Below are positions 40,467 to 50,394 of a stretch of 54,910 nucleotides of DNA, in pieces. Within the stretch, counting starts at the first letter, position 1. Each line of letters starts with the position of its first letter. This DNA is from Promethearchaeati archaeon (lineage in GTDB: Archaea; Asgardarchaeota; Heimdallarchaeia; JABLTI01), in contig JABLTI010000007.1 in assembly GCA_013166835.1 (NCBI GenBank), positions 1-54,910 of the forward strand. The letters run 5' to 3'. The notes under the pieces are model-generated. The model searched no databases, was not told where the DNA came from, and was given only the letters and a program-made list of their open reading frames with translations. Position numbers and translations under genes: made by a program.

Positions 40467-41831
40467 GTGGATGTAGTATATATGTCAAAATGGTTAGAAC
40501 AAGAGAAAAGCAATTTCAAGAAAAATCATCAAAAATCTTTGGCTGCTTGGAAAAAAGCTAATGATTTATTCCCAGCAGGAGTTTCTCATAATATTAGGGA
40601 TTTTCATATGACTCCATTGGGACTCGGACCGCCTTTCATTAGTAAAGCAGAAGATGCAAGAGTAATTGACATTGATGGTAACAGCTATATTGATTATTGG
40701 TTAACACATGGCGCAGCTATATTAGGGCATGCCCATGAAACAATCATGAAAGCAATTGCCAAGCAACTACCTTTTGGCAATCATTTTGGAATGGTGAATG
40801 AACAAGCATTAACTTTAGCAAGTAAAATTCGTGATGCCACACCCAGTATTGAAAAATTAAGATTTTGCACCACAGGAACAGAAGCAACTATGTATGCTTC
40901 CAGATTAGCAAGAGCATTTACAAAGAAAAAGAAGATTGCTAAAATTAGAGCTGGTTGGCATGGAGGAAATGATACTCTCTTCTACTATGTGAAGCATGTC
41001 GAAAAGGGAATGGAATCAAATGGATTAAAGACCCAAGTTGAAGCTGATATTGTAAGTTTTGATTATAATGATATTGAAGGTTTTAGGAATATCTTAAAGG
41101 AAAACAAAAACGAGATAGCAGCTGTCGTCATGGAACCAGTATTGGGTGCCGGTGGAGCTATCCCTCCCAGAGATGGCTTTTTAGAAATAGTTAGAGAGGA
41201 AACAGAACGTAATGATATTATTCTAATTTATGATGAAATTATCACTGGATTCCGACTTAGCTTTAATTCCGGACAAGGGTACTTTGGTATAACGCCAGAT
41301 ATGACAACAATGGGCAAGATTGTAGGAGGAGGAACACCAATTGGTGTTATTGGTGGTCGAGATGATATTTTGGAACAAGCCAATTTACAAAAAGATGGAA
41401 AAGTCTGGATTGGTGGTGGAACGTTTTCAGGAAATCCTGTGAGTATGGTAGCGGGAATTGCTACCATTGATGTGTTGAAAAAGAATAAGACTGAATTTTA
41501 TGAAAAATTGAATAACAATGGAGAAAAAATCACAAAAGTATTACTAGAGCTCCTTGAGAAATATGAAGCACCGGCAATTGCAACAAGCGTAGGATCAATG
41601 ATATGCATTCATTGGTTCAGAGAAAAAATTTCGGATATTAGAACTGGAACAGAAGTGAAACTTAATCTAGATAATGATAAGGTCAACAAATTCCAATTAT
41701 TAATGTTCAATAGGAATGTTCTTATTAGGAGCGGTTTTGGTTACCTCTCGGTTAAACATACTAAGGATGATTTTGAAGAAACCATAAATGCCTTAGAAGA
41801 CTCTATAAAAATCATAACGCAAAACAGTTAA
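40467..41831 (+). CDS. hemL: Glutamate-1-semialdehyde aminomutase-like class III aminotransferase (start may be 40482)
   Basis: DIDGN.YID, GTEATM.A.RLAR, DEIITGFR, GKIVGGG.P. Confidence 0.8.
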   Translation: MDVVYMSKWLEQEKSNFKKNHQKSLAAWKKANDLFPAGVSHNIRDFHMTPLGLGPPFISKAEDARVIDIDGNSYIDYWLTHGAAILGHAHETIMKAIAKQLPFGNHFGMVNEQALTLASKIRDATPSIEKLRFCTTGTEATMYASRLARAFTKKKKIAKIRAGWHGGNDTLFYYVKHVEKGMESNGLKTQVEADIVSFDYNDIEGFRNILKENKNEIAAVVMEPVLGAGGAIPPRDGFLEIVREETERNDIILIYDEIITGFRLSFNSGQGYFGITPDMTTMGKIVGGGTPIGVIGGRDDILEQANLQKDGKVWIGGGTFSGNPVSMVAGIATIDVLKKNKTEFYEKLNNNGEKITKVLLELLEKYEAPAIATSVGSMICIHWFREKISDIRTGTEVKLNLDNDKVNKFQLLMFNRNVLIRSGFGYLSVKHTKDDFEETINALEDSIKIITQNS

Positions 41832-41923
41832 AAGTCGTTATGATGCCAATACTTTAAAAACGATAGCTTAGTGAAGAATTAATAGAATCGTAAGATAAAC
41901 TCTAATAAAAGAAGTGTGGGAAC

Positions 41924-42511
41924 ATGAGTACTGAAGTTGAAATTTTAATCAAGAATTTATTGAGGGGAATAAAGTCCATACTTAAGCGACGAGGATATAA
42001 AGTAATTACCGAAGAACGATTCGAACATTATATTGATTTAATCTGTGAATTGGAAAAAGATACCTCGCAAGAAATGTTTGCTACCATTTCTTTAGAGGAA
42101 AAAGTAGGAGTATCAGTTCTACGAGATTATGTTAAGAGATTCGAACAAAGGAAAGAAGAAAAAGGAGAAGAAAATGTTAAAGGATTACTTGTTGCTTCAA
42201 ATCGTTTTACTCACTATGCAAGAAGAGAAGCAAAAGAAAAGGGTATCTGGATTATTACAAGTAAGGATCCCCGGTTTGATATTTTTACCCATAATCTAGT
42301 TCCAGAACACGTTATTTGTCCTGAAGAGGAATTAAAGGGATTATTAGAGAAATACAATATTAAGAGAAGACATTTACCAAAAATCTTTGCAAGTGATCCA
42401 GCTGTTAAAGCTGTAGGAGCTAAACCTGGGCAAGTAGTAAAGATATTCAGACATAGTGAAGTTGCGGGAGAATCCATAGCTTATCGTTTGGTGGTAAGAA
42501 GAGAAAGTTAG
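41924..42511 (+). CDS. rpoH: RNA polymerase subunit Rpo5/RpoH with N-terminal extension
   Basis: H.LVPEH, LPKI..SDP, G.VVKI.R.S..AG....YR.V. Confidence 0.92.
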   Translation: MSTEVEILIKNLLRGIKSILKRRGYKVITEERFEHYIDLICELEKDTSQEMFATISLEEKVGVSVLRDYVKRFEQRKEEKGEENVKGLLVASNRFTHYARREAKEKGIWIITSKDPRFDIFTHNLVPEHVICPEEELKGLLEKYNIKRRHLPKIFASDPAVKAVGAKPGQVVKIFRHSEVAGESIAYRLVVRRES

Positions 42512-42541
42512 GTTTATTAACCTAATTTTTCATGTTTTTTT
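42508..42541 (+). terminator. Hairpin plus T-tract after rpoH
   Basis: TTAGGTT/AACCTAA followed by T runs. Confidence 0.4.
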
Positions 42542-42666
42542 GTAATTCATCAAATGATAAAAAACATTTAAAAGAGTGTTTTTTCGAGTTAATTCTTGAT
42601 AGTGCAGCGATAATCTAATATTGTGGTTTACTATTAATCTACATAAATAATTAAAGAGGATATAAA

Positions 42667-42846
42667 ATGCCAACAAAAATCGATCTTTCAAAATGCTCAA
42701 AATGCGGAACTTGTATTGAAGTTTGTCCTGAAGAAGTATACGATGAAGCTGATGATGGATCCCCTATAAATGCTCGACTTGAAAACTGCACTGACTGTGG
42801 AATTTGTGTTGAGGAATGTCCAGAGGAATGCATCGAATTAGTGTAA
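42667..42846 (+). CDS. 2x[4Fe-4S] ferredoxin, 59 aa (not in ORF track)
   Basis: MPTKIDLSKCSKCGTCIEVCP...CTDCGICVEECPEECIELV; GAGG SD. Confidence 0.95.
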   Translation: MPTKIDLSKCSKCGTCIEVCPEEVYDEADDGSPINARLENCTDCGICVEECPEECIELV

Positions 42847-43146
42847 TTACTTCCTCTTAATTCTTAGTTTTTCTATTTCTTTCTGTTTTTTTGTTTCAAT
42901 TTCCCCATGATTTTGTTAATTAATTACGATAGGAAAAAACAAGGATCTTAAATTATGGATAGTTATTTGAGACAACTTTTTTTATTTACGTATATGAAAG
43001 AATTGCTGTTGAGTATAAATTATAACCTCAGGATTCTCTCCTTTGTGTTGGTAATAGAAAAATCTAATCATCTGCCCAAACCAAAAGCTTTTGATATTAT
43101 CATAAGGATATGTTTTCGTTAGTTACTTGCATTGAGGTATTGATTC

Positions 43147-44055
43147 ATGGATAGTCCGCTAGCTTCTGATAAGGAAAGTAGTATTAAATTATCAGATGAA
43201 GCAATTGATGATCTTCTTGATCCAATACCAAATGAACAATTAATTGAAAGAATTGCATTAATTAAGGATTGGAAAAAGAAGCGACCACCGATAGGTGAGA
43301 AACAATCAAAGAGGGAGTACTTCAACGAACATCTTGGTAAAAATGTCACACTTGAAATCATTCGTGATCTTCAAACAGTAAGTGAACATTTCTCTATAGG
43401 GGATTTTGAATGGAGTATATTTACTTGGGATAAGAGTATTACTCGGTATTATCCAGATAAAATTAAGAAGAAGTTTGAAGATGTTATCCTAAAAATTGAT
43501 TCTTTAGTGAATATTGATTTATTAACAGTAGATGAAGAATCTCAAACAATCTTCTTGTTATTAGAACAATGGCAAAAAGAAATTGTTGCAAATACCTTTC
43601 TTTCAAAAATCGAAGCAAAAATTCCAAAATATTTTAGGGTTTATATCTCAGTTTCTAAAAAGATGCTCTTTGTACAAAGTAGAACTGAATTAGCTACAAA
43701 GGAATTCATTCATCTCTTTGAAGAAGCGTTTAATGTAGAAACTAGTGGGATGAAAATTAATGCAATGGTTATTAGAGAATTTGTAAAAAATAATCCTCTT
43801 GAACTAACAAGACTTGTTATCAAAGTTCCTCAAGAAGTAGCAGGATTTGGAGGGCTAACCGAATTAACCCTTGTTGGGAGTGATGTAATAAAAGGAGCAA
43901 AAGGTCTAATGGATAGACATGAGACATCAACAATAAATGTTGGACCTTGGGTAGGAGCTTCAAATTTTGAAATTGATTTAACAGTTGGGAAAGCAATAAA
44001 GACTAAATCAATTAAGAAAGTTCTTGAGCTTTTTGAACTCATGAAAAACCTTTGA
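43147..44055 (+). CDS. Hypothetical protein
   Basis: 302-aa ORF with GAGG SD. Confidence 0.75.
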   Translation: MDSPLASDKESSIKLSDEAIDDLLDPIPNEQLIERIALIKDWKKKRPPIGEKQSKREYFNEHLGKNVTLEIIRDLQTVSEHFSIGDFEWSIFTWDKSITRYYPDKIKKKFEDVILKIDSLVNIDLLTVDEESQTIFLLLEQWQKEIVANTFLSKIEAKIPKYFRVYISVSKKMLFVQSRTELATKEFIHLFEEAFNVETSGMKINAMVIREFVKNNPLELTRLVIKVPQEVAGFGGLTELTLVGSDVIKGAKGLMDRHETSTINVGPWVGASNFEIDLTVGKAIKTKSIKKVLELFELMKNL

Positions 44056-44233
44056 TTTTTTTGCTAAAATAGAAATGTTTTTTATCGGAATCTGGTAGAA
44101 TATGCCATAAGAGTAGCATTATTATTTAGTAAATTCCAAGTAATTATATAGTAGATAACGATTATTTGTAATACTAAAATATACTTATAAAGAATTAGGA
44201 GAAAAAATCCGTAATTTAAGGTGGCGAAAAAAT

Positions 44234-44986
44234 TTGAGCGATAACTTAGATAATCTTTTGGGCGACATTTATTCTTCAAGCAGTCAAAGTCAGGGTGTTA
44301 AAGAATTAGCGAATTTAATTAATAATCTTTCATCACTCCTTCTAAAAGCAATCAGTCAATTAGAAACCCGAGTTTCGAAATTAGAACAACAAGTAGGTCG
44401 TGGTAGCACACCTAGACCACCTCAACCAAGCAGTCCAGTACCTCCTCCAACTACTAGAGCACCAATGCCAAAAACGGCATCTCCGTTTAGTACTCCTTCT
44501 ACTCCACCTCCCCCACCTCCAAAACCTGCTCCAGTAGCAGCAGCAACTGCAGGTGGTGGTCCAGCTAGTGCAGCTGAAGCGGCCTCAATGTTAGGTGTAA
44601 CTTTGAAGAAAGCACCAACAAAAACAACTCCAGCAGCTGCTACAGATTCAGGACCTTCATTCCTTACAGGTGTCGTTAATCCTGATGCTCCAGCCGCAAC
44701 AAGTCCCAGTGGTGCTACTCAGCCAGATGCTGTAGCGCCTACAAGTATGGGAGCTAGTGGTGGTGTAGCCGGTCCTGGTGGCGGATTTAGAGGAGAATTA
44801 GCTGAAAAATTGGCAAATAGACGTCAAAAAGTAGCACAACAAATAGAAGATGATTTTGATGCTCCTGATCTTGCGACTGAACCTGGTGAAGAAGAAGAGG
44901 AAGTTGTAGAGGAATCTACAAGTAGTGAATTAAAATTGGATCTTGAAGATGAACTCCGTAGTGCATTTTCAAAACTAAAAGGTTAA
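44234..44986 (+). CDS. Proline-rich protein with WH2-like and VASP/WASP-like motifs
   Basis: N-terminal coil, PPPPP tract, MLGVTLKK, GGGFRGELAEKLANRR, acidic stretch, C-terminal helix; TTG start with GGTG SD. Confidence 0.7.
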   Translation: MSDNLDNLLGDIYSSSSQSQGVKELANLINNLSSLLLKAISQLETRVSKLEQQVGRGSTPRPPQPSSPVPPPTTRAPMPKTASPFSTPSTPPPPPPKPAPVAAATAGGGPASAAEAASMLGVTLKKAPTKTTPAAATDSGPSFLTGVVNPDAPAATSPSGATQPDAVAPTSMGASGGVAGPGGGFRGELAEKLANRRQKVAQQIEDDFDAPDLATEPGEEEEEVVEESTSSELKLDLEDELRSAFSKLKG

Positions 44987-44993
44987 TATACTT

Positions 44994-45716
44994 ATGAAAA
45001 GGAAAGCAGTTTGTTTGATTAGCGATGGGTTAGATTCACCTATCGCCACTTTTCTCATTGAGCGTTCTGGGGTAGAGGTTGTTGGTTTGAATTTTGACAA
45101 TAAGCCAATGGTGAAGCCTTCCAAAATGAAGAAACAACAAAAAGAAGGTACAGTAACAGCTATAAAAGAAGAAAAGAGTATTATTTCTATTAGCCAAATT
45201 CGAAACATAGCACAAGCACTTGTGAATGCCTTTCAGACCCAAACTTCCTTTGAGTTATTCGTTGTTCCAAATGGTAAAGACTTGGAAAAAATAGTTCTTG
45301 AATCTAATGATCCAAAAATTAATTGTATTCTTTGTAAAAGATTAATGCTTAAGAAAGCAGAGGAATTGGCGAAAAACATTAATGCTGATTATATTGTTAC
45401 AGGGGAGATTTTAGGGGAACAAGCAAGTCAAACTATAGAAAATCTAAGGACAATTGAAAGTGTATTGTCGGAAAAGAAATTAATAAGACCTAATATTGGA
45501 TTAAACAAAGAAGAAATCATTAAATTATCAAGAGAAATCGGCGCGTACAAATTTTCTGAAATTGCTGCAAAATACACATGTGCAGCAGTTCCAAACAAAC
45601 CCGCAACACAAGCACATCTTGATAGAATTGTTACTGCTGAAAAATATCTGATTTCAGATAAAATGATTGAAACAAGCCTTCAGAATGCAAATAAATATGT
45701 TTTAAAGAAAAAATAA
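44994..45716 (+). CDS. ThiI-like PP-loop sulfurtransferase, catalytic domain only
   Basis: LISDGLDS, CILCKR, TGE.LG.QASQT..NL, RP.IG. Confidence 0.8.
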   Translation: MKRKAVCLISDGLDSPIATFLIERSGVEVVGLNFDNKPMVKPSKMKKQQKEGTVTAIKEEKSIISISQIRNIAQALVNAFQTQTSFELFVVPNGKDLEKIVLESNDPKINCILCKRLMLKKAEELAKNINADYIVTGEILGEQASQTIENLRTIESVLSEKKLIRPNIGLNKEEIIKLSREIGAYKFSEIAAKYTCAAVPNKPATQAHLDRIVTAEKYLISDKMIETSLQNANKYVLKKK

Positions 45717-45944
45717 ATGAATTTGCTAACTTGGAATTCTGAATGTATTGTTTTTTTATATTTTTACAAAAATTATGATAATGAACTCATAATCTTTTAC
45801 TAAAATTATTTTCCAAATCGATCTCAGTTTGTGGTTGTTTTGGGGAATCAAAAAAAAATTCGTCTATCTCAAAAATTGTATATAGAGAAATCTTTTTGAA
45901 TAAGTATAAGAATGAGTGGTTCATCAAAAAGAGGATGATGATTA

Positions 45945-46358
45945 TTGAAGGGCATAATAACAGCTTCAAAACTGGTTTCATCTCCAAAAGAGATAGCTTT
46001 TCCTGATTCTGTAATTTCTGATCTAGCGGAAATGAGTGGTGACAGTGGCAAAATTTTGATAGTGTATGCTTCTAACGTTAAAGCAATTTACTTCTTTACT
46101 GTGGAATCTGAAGTTATCAAAATCGGTATTAAGATTTATCCATTAACATCCCGAATTGTCGCAAAGATTATGGCAAAAATAAATGAATTTGCTAACAAAA
46201 TTACCTATTCAACAGGTCTATGTTTGGTCGATGATGTTTGTGTATGGGAAGGTTTCTTGGAGACACGCCATCTTACTCGTTCAATGGAAGAAGTAAAGAG
46301 TTTACTTAAGGAAATTGAAGAAGTTCAAGATGTTTCTATAGCAGAAGTTCCTCACTAA
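45945..46358 (+). CDS. Hypothetical ACT-like protein (start may be a few codons upstream)
   Basis: YSTGLC....CVWEG; similar to 51757-52197. Confidence 0.65.
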   Translation: MKGIITASKLVSSPKEIAFPDSVISDLAEMSGDSGKILIVYASNVKAIYFFTVESEVIKIGIKIYPLTSRIVAKIMAKINEFANKITYSTGLCLVDDVCVWEGFLETRHLTRSMEEVKSLLKEIEEVQDVSIAEVPH

Positions 46359-46487
46359 TCCTTATTTTTTATCCCAACTTCTTTTATTTTATTAATATAA
46401 CAGTACTTTGAATTAGGTCTATTAATATTTGAGTTAATTGGAAGACTTATTTATGAATTAATTTGTGTTAAATTAGAGTAAATAGAT

Positions 46488-47489
46488 GTGGAATCAATAA
46501 TGAAAGAATCTCTAGGAGATATAGGAGAACGAGCACTACTTAAGATGTTTGAAAAACTCGTCGATTCCGGTGACTTACCTTTTAATGATGATGCCGTTGC
46601 ATTTTCAATTTCTGAGAGCCAATCAATGGTAGTAAATATTGATACCTTTGTAAGAAAAACTGATGCTCCACCCGATATGACACCAGCTCAAATGGGTAGT
46701 AAAGCAGTTACAATGACCATAAGTGATTTAGCTGCAAAAGGAATTCAACCACAAGTTATTGTTGCTTCGGGGGCATTTCCTGAAGATTTTTCAGTAAAAA
46801 ATACAATTGAACTTGTAACGGGTATAAGAGAAACTTCCCATCGTTACAATACTCGATTTTTAGGGGGGGATACAAATACTGCTGATGATATTATCCTCTC
46901 TATTGTTGCTCTAGGATTGGGTCAAAAGAAGAACCTTATACTTCGTTCTGGAGCTATGAAAGGTGATGTTATTTGTACAACAGGTTATTTCGGTTTAACT
47001 GGAGCAGGATTTAAAGTCTTTTTAGATAATTATTCCGCAACTGAAAATCAGAAGAGTAAATTTAAGAACGCGATTTATAATCCAGTAGCACGTCTTAAAG
47101 AGGGATTGTTGTTCTCTCAATTCGGAAAAATTCACAGTTGTATTGATAGTAGTGATGGTTTAGCGTGGAGCTTGTTTGAATTATTAAGAAATAAAGATGA
47201 ATTAGGAATACTTCTTGATAATATCCCGATTGATCCAGTTGTTACGAATTTTGCCAAAAAGCATAATATTCAAGCAGAAGAGCTTGCATTATATGCTGGA
47301 GAAGAATTTGAGTTATTATTCACTCTAAAAGAAGAAAATTATACTGAACTTCAGAAGCTTATGAAAACTCGAAAAATGGACATTCATAGGATAGGAAGAA
47401 TAACAGATAAGAATCCGGGAATAATTCAATTAGTTAAAGATGAAAAAACAATAGATATTTCTCCTAAGGGTTGGGAGCACTTCTCATAA
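46488..47489 (+). CDS. thiL: Thiamine-monophosphate kinase
   Basis: GE..L, DDA, SDLAA.G, GGDT, DSSDGL, GEEFELLF, GWEHF. Confidence 0.93.
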   Translation: MESIMKESLGDIGERALLKMFEKLVDSGDLPFNDDAVAFSISESQSMVVNIDTFVRKTDAPPDMTPAQMGSKAVTMTISDLAAKGIQPQVIVASGAFPEDFSVKNTIELVTGIRETSHRYNTRFLGGDTNTADDIILSIVALGLGQKKNLILRSGAMKGDVICTTGYFGLTGAGFKVFLDNYSATENQKSKFKNAIYNPVARLKEGLLFSQFGKIHSCIDSSDGLAWSLFELLRNKDELGILLDNIPIDPVVTNFAKKHNIQAEELALYAGEEFELLFTLKEENYTELQKLMKTRKMDIHRIGRITDKNPGIIQLVKDEKTIDISPKGWEHFS

Positions 47490-47503
47490 ATTGAGCTATT
47501 TTT

Positions 47504-48886
47504 TTGATTAAAGAAATGGGAAAATTAAAAACAGTGAAGAATTATCCCAAGTTCATGCTAGAGCTTGCACTTAATATATTGAAAGATAATAGATTATGCG
47601 ATAATTGCTTAGGTAGGCAATTTGCTCTAGTTGGTTTTGGATTAACAAATAGGGAAAGAGGACACATTCTAAAAGATGCTATAATCCTAGAATTGTATAA
47701 TAAAATACCTGACGATACTGAAGCAGTTAGTGTTAATCAAAATATAGCAAAAATGGGTAATGTCTTAGCCCAACAATCTATGCAAAGGAAAGAGTGCGAA
47801 ATTAATTATACTTCAGCAGATGATTCTGTTTGTGAATTATGTGATGGATTATTTGATCAGTTAAGAAATTACGTTAAACCCGTAGTTTCTAAGCTAAAGG
47901 ATGAAGATTATCAAAGTTTCATTGTTGGTGCGAAAATCCCTCCCGAAATCCTTGAGAAAGAAGACAATATCAGGGCTAAATATAATGTAACAACTGGTGA
48001 GAGCATAAAGTCTGAGTTTACTCGAGAAATTGGTAAATTAATTATGAATCAAACAAATAAAGAGCCTGATTTCGAGTTACCCGATATAACGATAATTATT
48101 GATTTATCCAAACAGACTATTACTCTTCAGAAGAGATCACTCTTCATTTATGGAAGATATAGAAAATTCATTCGAACAATACCCCAAACAAAATGGCCCT
48201 GCTATGATTGTAATAGCAAAGGGTGTATTAGATGCAACTATACTGGGAAAAGATATACTGAAAGTGTTGAAGAATTAATTGCAGGTCCAATTCTTAAAAT
48301 AACGGGAGGAGCAGGATCAAGATTTCATGGTGCAGGGAGAGAAGATATCGATGCAATGATGTTGGGGAACGGCAGGCCTTTTGTTCTTGAGATAAAAGAA
48401 CCAGAAAAACGCAACATAGACTTGAAGAAGATTGAAAAGAGAGTAAACAAGAATACAAAGAGAAAAGTTCTGATTTCAAATCTGTCGTTAGCAAATAAAA
48501 AGAAAGTTCAAGAGATAAAGAGTCTTGCTAAAAAAACTAGGAAAACATATAGAGCAACAATCACACTTGATAAAGATATTTCAGATAAATTATTCCTTAA
48601 ATTACAGAACGAATTAAAGGAAACGAAATTAAATCAACAGACACCTAAAAGAGTTCTACATAGAAGATCCGATCTTGTGAGAGTTAAAACGGTATATAGT
48701 GTATCAATTAAGAAACTAGCTGAAAGAGAAATTGAAGCTGAAATAATTGGAGAAGGAGGACTATATATCAAAGAGTTAATTTCTGGTGATGATGGTAGAA
48801 CAAAACCCAGTTTTTCGAGCATACTAGACTGTCAAGCTAAATGTGTAAAGCTTGATGTAGTTTATTTGCATACTGAAGATAATTGA
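47504..48886 (+). CDS. pus10: tRNA pseudouridine(54/55) synthase Pus10
   Basis: LCDNCLGR, GRYRK..R.IPQT.W, GREDID, GRPF, GLYIKELISGD.GRT.PS. Confidence 0.95.
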   Translation: MIKEMGKLKTVKNYPKFMLELALNILKDNRLCDNCLGRQFALVGFGLTNRERGHILKDAIILELYNKIPDDTEAVSVNQNIAKMGNVLAQQSMQRKECEINYTSADDSVCELCDGLFDQLRNYVKPVVSKLKDEDYQSFIVGAKIPPEILEKEDNIRAKYNVTTGESIKSEFTREIGKLIMNQTNKEPDFELPDITIIIDLSKQTITLQKRSLFIYGRYRKFIRTIPQTKWPCYDCNSKGCIRCNYTGKRYTESVEELIAGPILKITGGAGSRFHGAGREDIDAMMLGNGRPFVLEIKEPEKRNIDLKKIEKRVNKNTKRKVLISNLSLANKKKVQEIKSLAKKTRKTYRATITLDKDISDKLFLKLQNELKETKLNQQTPKRVLHRRSDLVRVKTVYSVSIKKLAEREIEAEIIGEGGLYIKELISGDDGRTKPSFSSILDCQAKCVKLDVVYLHTEDN

Positions 48887-48894
48887 ACTGATCT

Positions 48895-49329
48895 TTAGTC
48901 AAGCCAGGTATTCATATATTCTTGAAATAAATTATCTTCAACAGTGATTTCGTCAAATTGTTCTGTTCTTTCTGCTATTTCTCTTGCTAAGAGATGATAA
49001 CAAGATGGAGCTTCTTTCCGAAGTAAGGCAGTAAACAAGAAATCTTTACAAGAACAAAAAGAATTTTCGATAACTAGATATTCCTTTTCTTGTCCTCGAA
49101 CAGTCCATTTAGTGACACCGGACGGGGAAAAAATGTATCGTTTCACCCCTTTTGCCCCTATAGCTTCTAATGCTTTTCTAATACGATCACCAAAGATTCC
49201 TTCGAAGAATTCAATGTCCTTTATTGTTAACTTAGAACCTTTCTTGATTTTGGAGAGCAGTTTCGGAAATGCTTGGAAGGATTTCAGTTTTTCAAAAGCT
49301 GTTGTATTTTCTGCGTTTATTTCCTTCAA
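48895..49329 (-). CDS. SWIM zinc finger protein
   Basis: CSC.DF...C.H. Confidence 0.8.
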   Translation of the reverse strand: MKEINAENTTAFEKLKSFQAFPKLLSKIKKGSKLTIKDIEFFEGIFGDRIRKALEAIGAKGVKRYIFSPSGVTKWTVRGQEKEYLVIENSFCSCKDFLFTALLRKEAPSCYHLLAREIAERTEQFDEITVEDNLFQEYMNTWLD

Positions 49330-49389
49330 TTATGAAACTCTCCTAGTACTAAAACTTGTCATCAGTTAATAAACTAATCTTTTCCGAAA

Positions 49390-50223
49390 CTATGATTGCT
49401 TATTCTCTGATTTCTGAAGAGAAATTGCTTCTTCAAGAGTTAATCTGCCGGATGCTACTTTTATTGCGAGTTCTCGCGAAATTGTGACATCACCTCTTGA
49501 ATACTGACGAGAGAGAACTTGGATTTCTTTAAGTTCTCCATTTGAAGTTTCACATGTTTCAGGTTCTTTTACGCTCTCTCCGAGGCGAAAGGCAATTTCC
49601 ATTGCTGCTGTAGCATCTTTTCCTCTAGGTAATTTCATGCCTACTTTCACACCCTCAAGAAAGATCTCATTAGCTTCTTGACCACGTTCTGGAGTTGTAT
49701 GTAATTCATCTACAACTTCCAAATCAACATGCTCGGGTTTTACATTAAGTAATTCATTAAGAATGAGAACTTGACGGTAGCCCCCTGTAGAACCAATTCG
49801 GATAATAGCCATTTTTGCTGGCAGATTTTTTAACGTGAGAACTATAAAATTAACTGCTTCTTTAATAACCCTAGTTTCTAATGTGGATTGCAAACAACTA
49901 TCAGTTATAACAGCAACTCCAATGGTAAGCCCAGGGTCTACCCCAATAATCAGTGATTCCCATATTTTCTTTCCCTCAATACCCAACATTATCTTCGAAT
50001 ACGCTTTATCTAAATTTAAAGTTTCAATTTTAGAAAGAACAACTAGGTTACTATAAGTCAAGTTGTTCTGATTGGATTCTTCTTCAGTTGTTACAACTAA
50101 AATCGAATCTTTAGAAGGGGGATCACCAGGTAGAAGTTGTTCAATGCTAAAACCTTTTTGTGATAATTTCTCTCGTAAAAGATGGCATAATCGAAAATCC
50201 ATAGTTGCAAGGGAAATTAACAT
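49390..50223 (-). CDS. RNase H-fold (YqgF/RuvC-like) domain protein
   Basis: IIGVDPG...GVAV, VDE..TT, D..AA..IA. Confidence 0.65.
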   Translation of the reverse strand: MLISLATMDFRLCHLLREKLSQKGFSIEQLLPGDPPSKDSILVVTTEEESNQNNLTYSNLVVLSKIETLNLDKAYSKIMLGIEGKKIWESLIIGVDPGLTIGVAVITDSCLQSTLETRVIKEAVNFIVLTLKNLPAKMAIIRIGSTGGYRQVLILNELLNVKPEHVDLEVVDELHTTPERGQEANEIFLEGVKVGMKLPRGKDATAAMEIAFRLGESVKEPETCETSNGELKEIQVLSRQYSRGDVTISRELAIKVASGRLTLEEAISLQKSENKQS

Positions 50224-50394
50224 GAGTAAGCTCCTTTTGATTTATATTTTAACAAAACTTGGTTTCATTTATTTAATATATTTTTTAATATCAATTCAAA
50301 TTATAAAAAATTCGCATAATTATTCTAAAAGATTAAATACATTAAAGAAATTATTCAAATAAAAACGATTTTGTGTTTTAACTGAGTTGATTCG

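Noticed and set aside
42651-42833. 60-aa minus-strand ORF
   Set aside because: Antisense to the ferredoxin
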